Assembly (NCBI RefSeq): GCF_001194135.2
Contig: NC_068982.1
Coordinates: forward strand, 61,560,867-61,624,866
Direction of reading: 5' to 3'
From: Octopus bimaculoides
Lineage: Eukaryota
Length of the DNA stretch: 64,000 nt
Both the position numbers and the translations under genes were made by a program. Below the pieces are notes generated by a model, which saw only the letters and a list, made by a program, of their open reading frames with translations, ran no database searches and had not been told where the DNA came from. This document shows, in pieces, positions 50,023-64,000 of the stretch (the stretch's first letter is position 1; each line of letters starts with the position of its first letter).

Positions 50023-51309
50023 CTTATCAATAGCAGTCTACAGTTGAGGATCTCACCCTACCTTTCCTTATTCCCCTCCCCTTCCTTCCACTGGCCTTGT
50101 ACCTCTTGAGTACTTAAATATAGCAACTGCATGTTTGTGACTTGCATCAACTGTCTGACTGAGGAAACATTTAGTTTGATTATGCATGCTGCATTTTTGA
50201 GATGCATTTAAGGACTGCATTTATAGTTGACATCATCATAATATTCATAAAGTCAGTGAGCTGACAGAATCATTAGCTCACTGGAGAAAATTCTTAGCAG
50301 CGTAACTTTGCCTTTCATCCTTTTGGAGTCAATAAAATAAGTAACAGTTAAGCATTGGTGTCAATGAAATTTACTAGCCCCTTGCCCCCAAAATTACAGG
50401 CCTTTTGCTAGTAATAAAAAGAATTCTTTTAACATTTATGACTGTCAGGATTCTTTGACAAAGAGGATCTAACTGATCGCTGTCTTTCTTTGCAACTGGG
50501 TAAGTTCATGGCTGTTTTAGAATGCCATGTTCAAGGCAGTGCCCCAGTATGGCCACAGTCCAAATAAAAGAATAAAGAAATAAAATAATACAAGAATAAA
50601 AGAATAAACAAATAAGAGTCAATATTTTCTGTCTTAGCAGAAATGTAGATACTTACATGGATTATTGCTGCAGTTAACTTCATTCACTTTCAGCATCAAG
50701 AATTCATTGACAATGAGCTCCCACCGATACCCATCACTCACTGCAGTTAGCAGGAGATCACGACTTCTTTGCTTTCTTGGTCTTTGTGTTGGTTCCTATG
50801 ATGTCACTGGGTGAGTTACTTTTTTAATTCTTCCAGAAGTGTCTACTTAAATATCATGGATTGTGTGACTTGTTAATTTGTGACAGGGCAAAGAAAAATG
50901 TTGGTAGGTCCTATGTTAGTTGGGAAGGGAGATATGTTAGTAAGAGGAGATACTATCGTGTTAGAAAAGGGATGGGGAAAATGAGCTTGGAAGGGAAACA
51001 GCTAAAACCTAACTGAACAGAAAAGCAAGAGAGAAACATAGGCTTCAACTTGGTATTTCTTTATTTCATCAGTTACATATGTTTCAATATTTGGTGACAC
51101 AATGTCATGCTATAAATGCAGCCCTTACATGTATCTCAAAAATGCAGCATGCATAATCAAGCCAAATGTTTCCTCAGACAGACAATTGAAGTCACAAATA
51201 TGCAGTTACTATATTTAAGCACTCGAGAGGTACAAGGCCAGTAGAAGGAAGGGAAGGGGAATAAGGAAAGGTAGGGTGAGATCCTCAACTGTAGACTGCT
51301 GTTGATAAG
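50023..51309. mobile_element. Foldback element with ~200-bp inverted arms (50023..50226 and 51110..51309)
   Basis: Arms are about 90% identical by manual alignment, mostly transitions. Confidence 0.85.
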
Positions 51310-51979
51310 TACTATAGATGGAAACAGGCACCTAGTACCACCAAAGAAAGTGGATTATTTGTTGCATTGATTTGTTGGGAGCTGTATTATTTAGTCTGGC
51401 TGTGTGCTGCTCCCAAATAAAACCAATCATGATATTTAGGATTTGAGTAACATGTTTATATACTGGTTGATATTACAATCGTTATTTTACATAAGCCATT
51501 ATGCTTGCGTGTGAGAGGAGAAAATGTTGTTTGTACTTGACGAGAAGAGAGAATGTTATGCTTGGCAAGAGGTGAGAATGAATGCTTAGAAAGAGGAGGC
51601 CTTTTAACACAAGGTCAGTGTGGTATGAATGCTGGTTGAACAAGAAAACCTTTGCTGTCCTCTGTCATCCTCTGCAAATCTCAGCGAATGCTCTCTCTCT
51701 CTTCCTCCCCCTTCTCTCTGGTTTGTATTTCCCATGCATTTCACTTTATAACCATGATTTGGCATGAAATTGCATGGAATTTTCTTTTTGATCACACCAC
51801 CATACAAATGCATTAGAACAACAATTAGCTAAAATATAGGCTGCATTCACCTGATATGTCATGGCCTTCATCTGTCACAGAACTGGCAAAGTTTTGAATG
51901 CAAAGCAGTGCTACATACTCATTAATAAATACCTCCCGTAGATGTAAATAGATACTATGGAGAGATGAAACTGCTCAGC

Positions 51980-52020
<41 letters not shown>

Positions 52021-52042
52021 ATGTATGTATGTATATATATGC

Positions 52043-52078
<36 letters not shown>

Positions 52079-52084
52079 GGTGGA

Positions 52085-52378
52085 CTCTCCCATTGAAGAC
52101 AACGCATGAGCGTTCAGCTTTTGCCGAATGACCAGCACAAATGATTTGTTTATAGTGATCAAATGATCATGCCGCACATTAGCTCACTCTCTCCCTCAAA
52201 TCGATGCTATCTGAATAGGTGCACTGTGTTCCACATGTCAAGTGTCGACGTGATTGCAGAGCAATATGAGTTGAGATGTTCTGCTCAAGAACACAACACA
52301 CATCCTGGTCTAGGAATTGAAATCACAATCATTAGATTGTGAGTGCAATACTCTAACCATTAGGCCATATGCCCTCAC
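52085..52378 (-). mobile_element. Third tRNA-derived SINE family
   Basis: Minus-strand head ggcatatggcctaatggttagagtattgcactcacaatc...gatttcaattcc. Confidence 0.7.
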
Positions 52379-52383
52379 ACACA

Positions 52384-53207
52384 CGTGCGATGGGTAAATT
52401 GTTGCCATTTTATATTTCATGCATGCACAGTATATTAGGGTCAATATCTGTGAGAAAAAACAGTACCAAGACACAATTCACTCTGCCAGAAATTTGAAAA
52501 TGACATGCTGTGCTGTTTGGCATTCACACCGGAAGCTCCAGTACGAACATTTCAGAGTGTTTGGGTGTCCACTTTGAAATATGTATCGGGATTGATAAAA
52601 ATCAAACATCCAGTCAACATCATGGTGTTTGGAGTGATCACTAGTGATGGTGATGTTATGCCTCCATTCATCTTCCCACACAGCCTCAGACTCAACACAG
52701 AGGCCAACATCAAGTGCCTGGAGGAAGTAGTGCTGCCCTGGGTCGAGAGGTTGGCTGCTGGAAGAGCTTATGTCTGGCAACAGGATTCTGCACAATGCCA
52801 CACAAGCAAGAAAACCCAATCATGGCTGTCAGACAATTTCTGTGACAACATCACCCCTAACATCTGGCCACCTACCTCTCCACACTGCAATCCCCTTGAC
52901 TATTATATGTGGAGTGCAGTTGAACAAGAGACCAACAAAACCCCTTGTAACACCAAAGATGAACTGAAGGTAAGGATTATGGCAACATTCACCAACTTAA
53001 ATAAGGAAACCGTCTAGAAGAGTTGCAGGAGATTCTGAAGTCGTCTGGAGGTTGTGGTTGAAGCCAATGGTGATTTTATTGAATAAATTTACTCCTTAGC
53101 ATTTCAAGATATTTTCATGCAATTTTAGTAAATATATCTGTTAAAATGTGATGTCAGTGTTATTTTCATTTTTGCGTAATTTAGATGAGATTATTCACTG
53201 CACCCTG
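52384..53207 (+). mobile_element. Tc1/mariner DD37D (maT-type) internally deleted element
   Basis: ORF 52505..53017 contains QQD-(37 aa)-NPLDYYMW; the 3' end is CACCCTG|TA. Confidence 0.9.
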
Positions 53208-54157
53208 TATATATATATATATATATAAATCATTACTAATCCAACAAATAGTAGTACAGAAGAAATAAATGAAGTTGAAAATGCACAAAGAATATATGAA
53301 GATTTTTTTAAATTTTAAAACATATATATACATGTAATTGGTTTGAGATTTGATTTTTCAGATGTGTATGTTATGTAGAACTATGTTGCAAACACTATCA
53401 TTTCTGATTGTTGTTTTAAAAATGTAGCTTAGATCACTATCAGTTAACAAACAGATTGATTGGTTGAGGAAGGTCGAGTGGTGAGGTAAGGGAATTTTGG
53501 GTCAGTTTTCTGTCACATTTGTGTGTTAAGGTCATTTGACAACCCTGCGAGAAGCTCATGGTAAAGCTTTTGCCCAGAAGATATATCAAAGATATATCAT
53601 ATGACAGTTAAAAGGATAGCTATGATATTTGCATCTGAATTTAGGATTATTTTAGCCTTTTGGTTGTATCCAGTAGCTGTGTGAGCAACTTTTATCTTAT
53701 CTAGTCAAGGCGCAGTGACTTTTTTCAGTTATATATATTGTTTGAGTGAATGATTCAGTCTATCTTACCAAAATGTAGTCAAAATGGTTGAAAATGAAAT
53801 CTTACTTTTAAACAATTTGGAGTGCACAACTGTTATGAATAATTACAGGTGATAACTGCTGAAAAATCTCAAGTGAATAAAAAATAATTGTTTTGTTTCT
53901 AAATTTTCACAACATCCATTTGAATACATTGAATTCACAGAGCAATCTAAATATTAAGATAAGGCTGAATGTGTCATGCTGTCACATGGTCAGTTGAAGG
54001 GAGAGGTAAGAGAATAAGAGAGGGAGAGAAGTTTTGATGACATGAAGTACGGGGAAAGTAATAGTTATTACATGGTTATACAGAGATTAGAAATACAATA
54101 TTTAGCAGAGTGTTGATGTTTTGGTGGTGAGGTTAAAGAAAGGCAGATAAATAGATA

Positions 54158-54229
<72 letters not shown>

Positions 54230-54589
54230 CAGTTATATTGAGAGTAAGAGGCAAAGAAAGAAAGTGAGTAGCAGCCAATGCTTTACACTATCATGTTGTT
54301 AGTGGAACTGAGAGAGAAAGAGAGAAATGATAATAACATGGAGAGAGAAGTAACATGGTTAAAGTTTGTTGAAGTAATAGGTAAAGAAAAGAGAGAGAGA
54401 GAGAAATATAAAGTGTTTAGCAGAGGGAAATCGTATATTATTGTGACTGACAAGAAAACAACATTTTAATATCAATTTTTTCATGTCTTTTATCTGTCGA
54501 TCTATTTATCTATCTATCCACACTGACAAATACATCAATTGCTGGACGGAAGAAAAAAGGTTTATATTAAATATGAAATTAGATTCATT

Positions 54590-55491
54590 AGAGATAGAAA
54601 GATAGATTTTTCAATGAAAGTGAAATAACTAAGCAAAATATCCGTAGATTTTATTTTGTTTTCCAAACTTTGTGTTGTCAGAGAAGAGGGATCTTTTCCC
54701 TTTGAACAGCACATCGAGAAATTAATTTTTTGCAACTAAACACTTTCAAACTTCGGACACTGGTAGAATGTGTCATATAAAACATCTTTTACTCTTAGTG
54801 CTGTTGAGAAAAGTTTATATTTTCAAAGTTATTTCGTGTTAAAGGTGTCATATTTTGGTAATCTCAACCAATCAATGACATGTATTCAGCTGAATAAAAT
54901 TGCTGCCGTTGTTTGTCAACAACAACTATCGGCAGTGTATATTTGGTTTGTCACTGTTATTTATGACATAGTTCGTGCATTTGTACTGGTTTTAGCTTTA
55001 GGGTTTTAGGGTTAGAGTTAGGGTTCGGGTTTTAGAATTAGGGTTAGGGTTTTAGAGTCAGGGTTATGGTTTTAGGGTTAGGGATAGGGTTTTAGCATTA
55101 GGGTTAAGGTTTTAGGGTTAGGGTTCGGGTGTTAGGGTTAGGGTTTTAAAGTTAGGGTTAGGGTTTTAGGGTTAGGATTAGGGTTTAATGATTAGGGTTA
55201 GGGTTGGGGTTAGAGTTACGGAAAAGTGAAGAAATTGGAGGAGGAGGGGGCAAAAATGTCTTTCCGAAAATAGTAGCTGAAAAACAGGGAAAAAAAACTA
55301 AAAGCAGTAGAAATGCACGAACGATTGTGGTGGTGCCATGAAGTAAACATGCTTCAGATACACTCGTTTATTCATACAAACGTAACTGAGATCAAATATG
55401 TCATAAATAACAGTGACAAACGAAATATACACCGCCGGAAGTTGTTGTTGACAAACAACAGCAGTAATTTTATTCAGCTGAATACACGTCA
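54590..55491. mobile_element. Non-autonomous element with inverted arms (54876..54990 and 55295..55491) around a telomere-like tract
   Basis: Arms share tgac.tgtattcagctgaataaaatt.ctgc.gttgtttgtcaacaacaac...atgacata; the left arm continues into a further repeat segment. Confidence 0.75.
54989..55218 (+). repeat. Degenerate interstitial (TTAGGG)n with TTTTAGGG variants
   Basis: Read directly from the sequence. Confidence 0.9.
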
Positions 55492-57334
55492 AGCCCATCA
55501 GTTGTACTTACTCCAACTCTTTTAAGTCTAATCCTCATAGTGCCCGGCACACCCACCCCTCTCTACCCTCCCTATTGACTCCAGTGATGTCCAGCTAAAA
55601 ATTTAACACAGCAACAGTTCTGGAGTCATTTAGTCAGAAACCTAACCTTTGAGAACTACAGAATGTCAGATCTCTTACCCAAGTAGAACAATAAAACATC
55701 ACAGCTGTCTTACTGGAAAATGCACAACTTCCTACCATGGGATTAGGTTTGCTCATTACACGAGATAAAACGACTCATCACCATTAGCATAACTAGGATC
55801 AGGAAAAAACACATTCGTTTTCTCAGTAGAGTGCAACAACAACCTACTAAAGTGTCTTCGCCAACTAGACAAGGTGTTTACCAGACGTCGACCCCGACTG
55901 ACATGATTTCCAGTTGGAATCAAGGACGGAACTAGAGTTGACAACATTACCTAACTAAAAACTAACCCCAGATCATAAAAGGGAAATGATGAAGGAATAA
56001 AGGGAAAAAGAAAAAAAAGTGAAAAGAATAAAAAATGCAAAGACAAGGCAGACTCAATAAACTGACAAAATTACCAGTAAATTGATTGCAATAATAAAAA
56101 GATGACAGGCAATGAAGCAAAACATAAATCGCAGATTCGTAATTAACTAGAGACTGATTTCAACAGCCTGCTCGAAGCCAGTTTGAATCAGAAGTGAATT
56201 AATGATGAAGAAAACTTGAAATTGTAATTTTTGTATATTATGTCTTTATTAGTTCGTGTTAATTCATGGCTGAGTTAAATTTTAATTATTGTAGGGAAAA
56301 AAAATCTTCAGTTTTTACCTTTTTTATTATCACGTCTTAATCACTCAATCTAAATTCTTGGCAGAATCATTACTGCGAGATGAAGATAGTTACAACCCAT
56401 TATGTTCTGAGTTCAGATTTCGCTGAGATTGATTTTTGCCTTTTACTCTTCTGAGGGTTAATAATATAAGTACCAAGGAGTACTAATGTTGATTTAATCA
56501 CCTAAGTTTTAGGCATTATGCATGTCGGTTTTAGAAGATGAATATAACTGATATAAATTTAAATATAATCTACAGCAGCAGATTTCAAACTAAATCAATT
56601 TTCTTAAGTATATAAAATAGAATTACAAACAGTTCAATTTTATTAAGCGTTTATAATAGAATTAAATATTTCGAATAAAATCATTTCAAATATGTTTCTC
56701 ACTAGCAGACATATCGCTGTCTGGTTATAGGATTGAAATAATACTGTAATAATGTGGCGGAGTTTTTTTTTTTTTTTTTCAGCTTCAATAAACTTGCAAA
56801 TAATCCTATTCTTGCTTACTTTTCGAAGTAGTTACTTTATATAATAAATGACTCAACTTCAACAATGCTGAAGCATAAGTTAAACTAAAACATTAAGTGT
56901 TGTGAAATGAAAGAAGTAATCGATAGTAATAGCGATGTGGGGAGTTAATATTAGGGTTCGTTGAGGTGAGCAAAGTTATTTTGTATTTATTGCCCATTAT
57001 TGCGAGGCGGGTGTCTCTTCATAGTTTGTTCGCTTATTTAGAGACAACCTGGCACCTACGTGTGCGTATATACATCAGTGGGGGTCCTGTGTGGGATATG
57101 CGTAGGTATACATAGGGTTGCTAATGTCGGCTGCTACCACTTTTTCTGTTTACAGTGAATAGGTGTTGTAATCCCCGTTATGTCCTCATGAAGCACATCT
57201 GCATGTTCTGGTAATCAATGTATTGTATATAAATGTTTAAGTGAGGTATATTTTTGAATCTTTGAGAAATTAAGGGTTAGAGATTCCATATATGTTTTTC
57301 TACATGTATATACCTATTATGAATTGATGATAAT

Positions 57335-58807
<1,473 letters not shown>

Positions 58808-59427
58808 TATTCATCATCATCATCGTCGTTTAACGTCCGTTTTCCATGCTAGCATGGGTTGGACGGTTCGACTGGGAAGCAAGGAGGCTACACCAGGCTC
58901 CAGTCTGATTGGGCAGTGTTTCTACAGCTGGATGCCCTTCCTAACGCCAACCACTCCGTTAGTGTAGTGGGTGCTTTTCATGTGTCACCGGTAGAGGGGC
59001 CTGAGGAGGCTGGCAACATCCACATTAATAATAATGATAATAATATTTGTAATGTATTTCCTATACTGCAGTGAAACGTGTAACATGGAATTAAAAAAAC
59101 AAAATTTTCTAGTCTTTATTTGTTCCTGGATGCATACATACATACTTACATACATATGTACATACATACTATACTATACTACAGAATTAGCCAACACTCT
59201 GCTTAGACAAATGTAAACATCTTGTCTCTATATCTACTATATAGCTTCGGGGACAGAAAATGTGGGAGCAGTTACATTAATTTCAGTTTCATGAGAGATT
59301 TCATCAGTGGCACAAAACCCTGTTACTAAATCCTTAAGTAAATTGGATTAACCAGTTCATATATACAAGAATAGCGCATTCTTGACAGTTTGATTAATAA
59401 ATTACAAGTACATTATTAGTGCTTTGT

Positions 59428-60265
59428 TTCGGTGTAAAAACTGTTGTCTAAATTATGCAAAAATGAAAATAACATTGACATCTCATTTTAACAGATATAC
59501 TTACCAAACTTACATAAAAATATCTTGAAATACTAAACAGTAAATTTATATAATAAAATCACCATTGGCTTCAACCATAGCTTCCAGACAACTTCGGAAT
59601 CTCCTGCAACTCTTCTGGACGGTTTCCTTAGGTTGGTGAATGCTGCCATAATCCTTGCCTTCAGTTCATCTTTGGTGTTACAAGGAGTTTTGTTGGTCTC
59701 TTGCTCAGCTGCGTCCCACATGATAATCAAGGGGATTGCAGTGTGGGGAGGTAGGTGGCCAGATGTTAGGGATGATGTGGTCACAGAAATTGCCTGACAG
59801 CCATGACTGCGTTCTCCCGCTTGTGTGGTATGAGTTCCTGTTGCCAGACATATGGTCTTCCAGCAGCCACCCTCTTGACCCATGGCAGCACTTGATGGAG
59901 GCCTCCACATTGATTCTGAGGCCGTGTGAGAAGATGAATGGAGGCATAACATCGTGATCACTAGTGATCACTCTAAACACCATGATGTGTACTGAATGTT
60001 TGATTTTTATCACTCTCTGTACATGTCCTTAGACTGACACCCAAACTTTGAAATGTTGGTACTGGAGCTTCCGGTGTGAATGTGAAGCAGTACAGCATGT
60101 CGTTTCCAAATTTCTGGCAGAGTGAATTGTGGCTTGGTGCTGTTTTTCTCACAGAGAGTGCCCAACTGACCCTACTATACTGTGTAGTCAACAAATCAAA
60201 AACAAACAATGCACATGCATGAAATTAAAAATATAAAATGGCGACAATTTACTGATCACACCCTG
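59428..60265 (-). mobile_element. Second DD37D (maT-type) deleted element, inverted relative to the first
   Basis: Frameshifted KHSVHIMVFRVITSD...WPPTSPHCNPLDY; 5' TIR TA|CAGGGTGTGATCAGTAAATTGTCGCC. Confidence 0.9.
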
Positions 60266-60399
60266 TATATTATGGGAAGTGCCTATAGTTTTCTTACAAG
60301 CACTGCATATAAAGGAAAATTAAATGTCTTTTCTGTATATTACAGTCCAGCTGATTCCTCTTTTCCTGTCTATTATGTAGTTCTCATGATATCACTTTT

Positions 60400-61200
60400 C
60401 ATGGGGGAGAAAAGAAATGTACAAAATCTCTATACACTCTACATTAAAGCAGGAGATAAGACACTGCAAAATCATTTGGAAAATTCTTGGGTTGCTCAAT
60501 ATTTTCTGTCTTTGTGGAAAAGGAATATCAAATTGTGTGAAGAAAGTTTAACGGAGAAATATTATTTTTCGTGGTTAGCATTTCATCTGGATTTTCAATA
60601 ATTGCTGATAATGGTGCTGATAAATCTGGGAAGGAGCAATTGTCACCTGGCGTAAATCTGATAATATAATCCAAGAGAAATTCCTTGGCTTTGCAACACT
60701 AAGTGAATTTGCTGCTATCTCCTTTGCCAATGAAATCATTCATCAATTTACAAAATTTGGGTTAAATCTAGAAAAACTATTTTGCCAAAGAGTTAATGGT
60801 TGTTCTTCAATAGCAGAAAAGGAAGATGAAATGCAAGCTAAAATAAAGAGCAAATATACAAAAGCTGCATTTGTTCATTGTGTTGCATATAAAGTAAATT
60901 TCATTGTGAATGATCTTAATGTAGTTCCTGAAGTAAGGAATTCTGTTGGCACAGTTAGGGTAATCTTATTATTTTTATATTGTTTATTTTTTTTTCTCTT
61001 TTATTTATTTATTTTGCAAAATTCCAAAGAGATGTTATATATCCAAGCATGTCATTACTATGTGAAACCCTAAATTCTGATATAATAGAGGCCTTTTAGT
61101 TTTATCATTGACTTTGAAAAGAGTTTTGATAAGTTACATGTATATATACAGCTTCAGGTAAAACACCAGTTGGAGTTTGTTCAAGTACAGCAACTTTTCA
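60400..61200 (+). mobile_element. Decayed hAT transposase (ZMYM1/P52rIPK-like)
   Basis: Remnants FSIIAD..DKSGKEQLS, IQEKFLGF and MQAKIKSKYTKAAFVHC..YKVNFIVNDLN. Confidence 0.75.
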
Positions 61201-61555
61201 CATCTGTCTGATCAACATTTCAGTTTATTTAGCATGACTCAAATCTACAACACAAGCTTTCCAAAAGTGGATGTACATATATTAAAATGAATTCCAGACT
61301 TTTGCATCTTGGTAGTTGCAATTTTGTAACAGACCACATCTTTACAAACACAAGAGCATAGGCTGTTAGACTTTTTCTGCTACTTTATACAAATCTGAGC
61401 AAGTCTGGACACTGCTGCTAGTGTGTGTGCGTGTGTATTTCAGCTCAATATTTACATGCTTTTCTATACAGCTGTATGTAATGTGGCTTGAGAACTATTA
61501 TTTCAGAAAAGAATTCATGTTCTCTAGAAAGTTTATAGAATTCTCATAACATCAG

Positions 61556-61597
<42 letters not shown>

Positions 61598-61940
61598 NNN
61601 NNNNNNNNNNNNNNNNNNNNNNNNNNNNNNNNNNNNNNNNNNNNNNNNNNNNNNNNNNNNNNNNNNNNNNNNNNNNNNNNNNNNNNNNNNNNNNNNNNNN
61701 NNNNNNNNNNNNNNNNNNNNNNNNNNNNNNNNNNNNNNNNNNNNNNNNNNNNNNNNNNNNNNNNNNNNNNNNNNNNNNNNNNNNNNNNNNNNNNNNNNNN
61801 NNNNNNNNNNNNNNNNNNNNNNNNNNNNNNNNNNNNNNNNNNNNNNNNNNNNNNNNNNNNNNNNNNNNNNNNNNNNNNNNNNNNNNNNNNNNNNNNNNNN
61901 NNNNNNNNNNNNNNNNNNNNNNNNNNNNNNNNNNNNNNNN

Positions 61941-62215
61941 TTCTACAGCTGGATGCCCTTCCTAATGCCAACCACTCAGAGAGTGTAGTGGGTGCTTTTA
62001 CGTGTCACCTGCACGAAGGTCAGTCAGGCGGTACTGGCAACGGCCACGCTCAAAATGGTGTATTTTATGTGCCACCCGCACAAGAGCCAGTCCAAGGGCA
62101 CTGGCAACGACCTCGCTCGAAAGTCCTTACACATGCCGCGGGCACAAGTGTCAGAAAGGCGATGCTGGGCACAGGTGCCATCACAATTTCGCTTTCGCTT
62201 GCCCCAGTGGAAAAG
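61941..62215 (-). mobile_element. SINE with long RTE-type tail
   Basis: gctggatgcccttcctaatgccaaccact...gtactggcaacggccacgctc. Confidence 0.85.
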
Positions 62216-62219
62216 CAAT

Positions 62220-63080
62220 AGATATTCAAGAAATACAAAAAGCAAAATACACTTCAGATACACCCAGTACTCTATCCTTTAGTACAACATGCCACCCAAA
62301 AAACACAATGGTTTACAACATCGTCCACCAGAACATTACACTATTGACCCAAGAAGGAAACAAGTGCTTGAAATACACAAAATGATCAAAAGCAAAAGAC
62401 AATCAAAATCCCTCAAGAAACTACTCACCAGCACTAAATCGCCCTCCACAAATCCCACATCAATAGTCAAAAAGTGTGGCTGCCCTAATTGCAGAATTTG
62501 CATCAACCTCACTGAAGACAAAATATATTAATTAAAATCAGGACAGATTTTTACAATAAAAAAATAATTTTACTTGTTTGTCAAAAAATTTAATATCTGC
62601 TATTGAATGTAAAGGATGTAATGTAGATTATATAGGTCAAACAAATCTCACTCTCAGAAATAGACTAACTATTCATTATCAACATATATGAGACAGATCC
62701 TACTTGATGGACACATAGACGTATGTGCGAAAAATAAGTCTTCCCACTTTACCGTTGTTCAGTCAGTACCACAGACCAAGCACGGATAAACAAACAAAAT
62801 ATATTCATACAAAAATACAAACCAAGACTGGATAAACTTTCTTAAATATTCACCAACAACTATTCATTCTGCCACTTGACATGATGAATTTATACAGCTA
62901 ACAATCTAAACTTTGGGCACAATTATGACTTTTTCCTGTATGACACAAACACAAATTCAGCAGAGAACAAAATTGTATGCCTATGTACATAGATACAAAT
63001 CATAACCATTCAGCCACTGAGTTACATAGAAACAATTTCTGTCCATTCTACCACTGAATAGATTAAATTTAGTCTTTGTT
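62220..63080 (+). mobile_element. Penelope-like element, decayed RT C-terminus and GIY-YIG endonuclease
   Basis: KKCGCPNCRIC zinc knuckle followed by NLISAIECKGCNVDYIGQTNLTLRNRLTIH. Confidence 0.85.
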
Positions 63081-63164
63081 GTTTGGGACTGTTACTGGAC
63101 ATGTTCCATCAACTATGTCAGCCTTAATTTTCAGAGTAAAAAAATATTGTCACATGATATATAT

Positions 63165-63590
63165 ATAGGTGCAGGCATGGTTGTGTGGTAAGAAGCTTGC
63201 TTCCCAACCACATGGTTCTGGGTTCATTCCCACTGTGTGGCACCTTGGGCAAATCTCTTCTGCTATAGCCTACAGAAGTCTGGTGCAGGCTCCTGCTTGG
63301 CCACCACCTGTCAAACCGCCCAACCCATGCCAACATGGATGGCAGATGTTAAACGATGATGTATATATAATCATGTGTGTCCTTGTGTCTGTTTGTCCCC
63401 CAACCATTGCTTGACAACTAATGGTGTGTTTATGACCCCGTAACTTAACAGTTCAGCAAAAGATAGAATAGGTACTAGGCTTACAAAGAATAAGTCCTGA
63501 GGTTGATTTCTTTGACTAAAACCCTTTAAGGCAGTGTTTCAGCATGGCCGCAGTCAAATGACTGAAACATGTAAAAGAATAAAAGAAAAT
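63165..63590 (+). mobile_element. Composite CORE-like SINE
   Basis: Family head and core, RTE-type tail insert, then the second half of the family. Confidence 0.85.
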
Positions 63591-64000
63591 ATACATATAT
63601 ATATATATATTTTTGTGAATGGGTGGAAAATAAAATAACTACTGACATGATAGACTTCCTTGTTAAATTTTAAAAGTAAAATGTAAATATTCCATTATAA
63701 AACTATATATAAACACTGTGTATGAAATTTATTAAACACTGAAAATTTATGCAAGCTTTCACCCAGTGCCTCCAAGATGACTGCAATTTCAACAATGTAG
63801 TAATTGGTAATCAGGCAGATGGTGAAAAGGGAGTGTGGATAATTTCTAATTAATAAAGCTGTGTAGCTTGATGTAAAAGCAAATGGTGCAGAAACTTTAT
63901 AACGATATGGATTGATTAACAAAAGTCTTACTCCTGATTGTTGGAATGGCTACTTTTGGCAGTAGTACTTACACTATAGAAAAGCATACAAAAACTTGTC

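Noticed and set aside
52505-53017. 170-aa ORF as a host gene or active transposase
   Set aside because: Internally deleted; lacks the first catalytic Asp and most of the DNA-binding domain.
54989-55218. True telomere or chromosome-fusion site
   Set aside because: Short, degenerate, single-orientation and enclosed by inverted repeats.
56115-56165. Small hairpin as a pre-miRNA
   Set aside because: About 40 nt with bulges; too short and weak.

Overview
AT-rich animal genomic DNA with four sized N gaps. The SINE, RTE and Penelope families and the (TA)n-flanked gaps point to an Octopus short-read assembly (inference). Two splicing-factor genes sit tail-to-tail. On + are the last five coding exons of SUGP1 (G-patch, 1913-5939). 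On - is a complete 13-exon hnRNP M/MYEF2-family gene (26500-17257, 651 aa by my reconstruction: RS-rich N-terminus, three RRMs, long Gly/Met low-complexity domain). The most interesting signal is a chain of about 8 short non-coding exons with strong splice sites running 6.5 kb past the MYEF2 stop codon, preceded by proximal polyA signals. Together with a frame-keeping 47-nt microexon that has a competing poison acceptor, this looks like an unproductive-splicing/NMD autoregulatory system. The right half (31-64 kb) is mostly repeats: tRNA-derived SINEs (including a head-to-tail array of five), RTE, Penelope with a minimal hammerhead motif, mariner, two inverted DD37D (maT) deletion derivatives, a hAT fossil, foldback elements, a perfect 234-bp palindrome and a degenerate (TTAGGG)n tract inside inverted repeats. 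There is also one or two orphan exon candidates. All splice models were read by eye and need RNA-seq confirmation.
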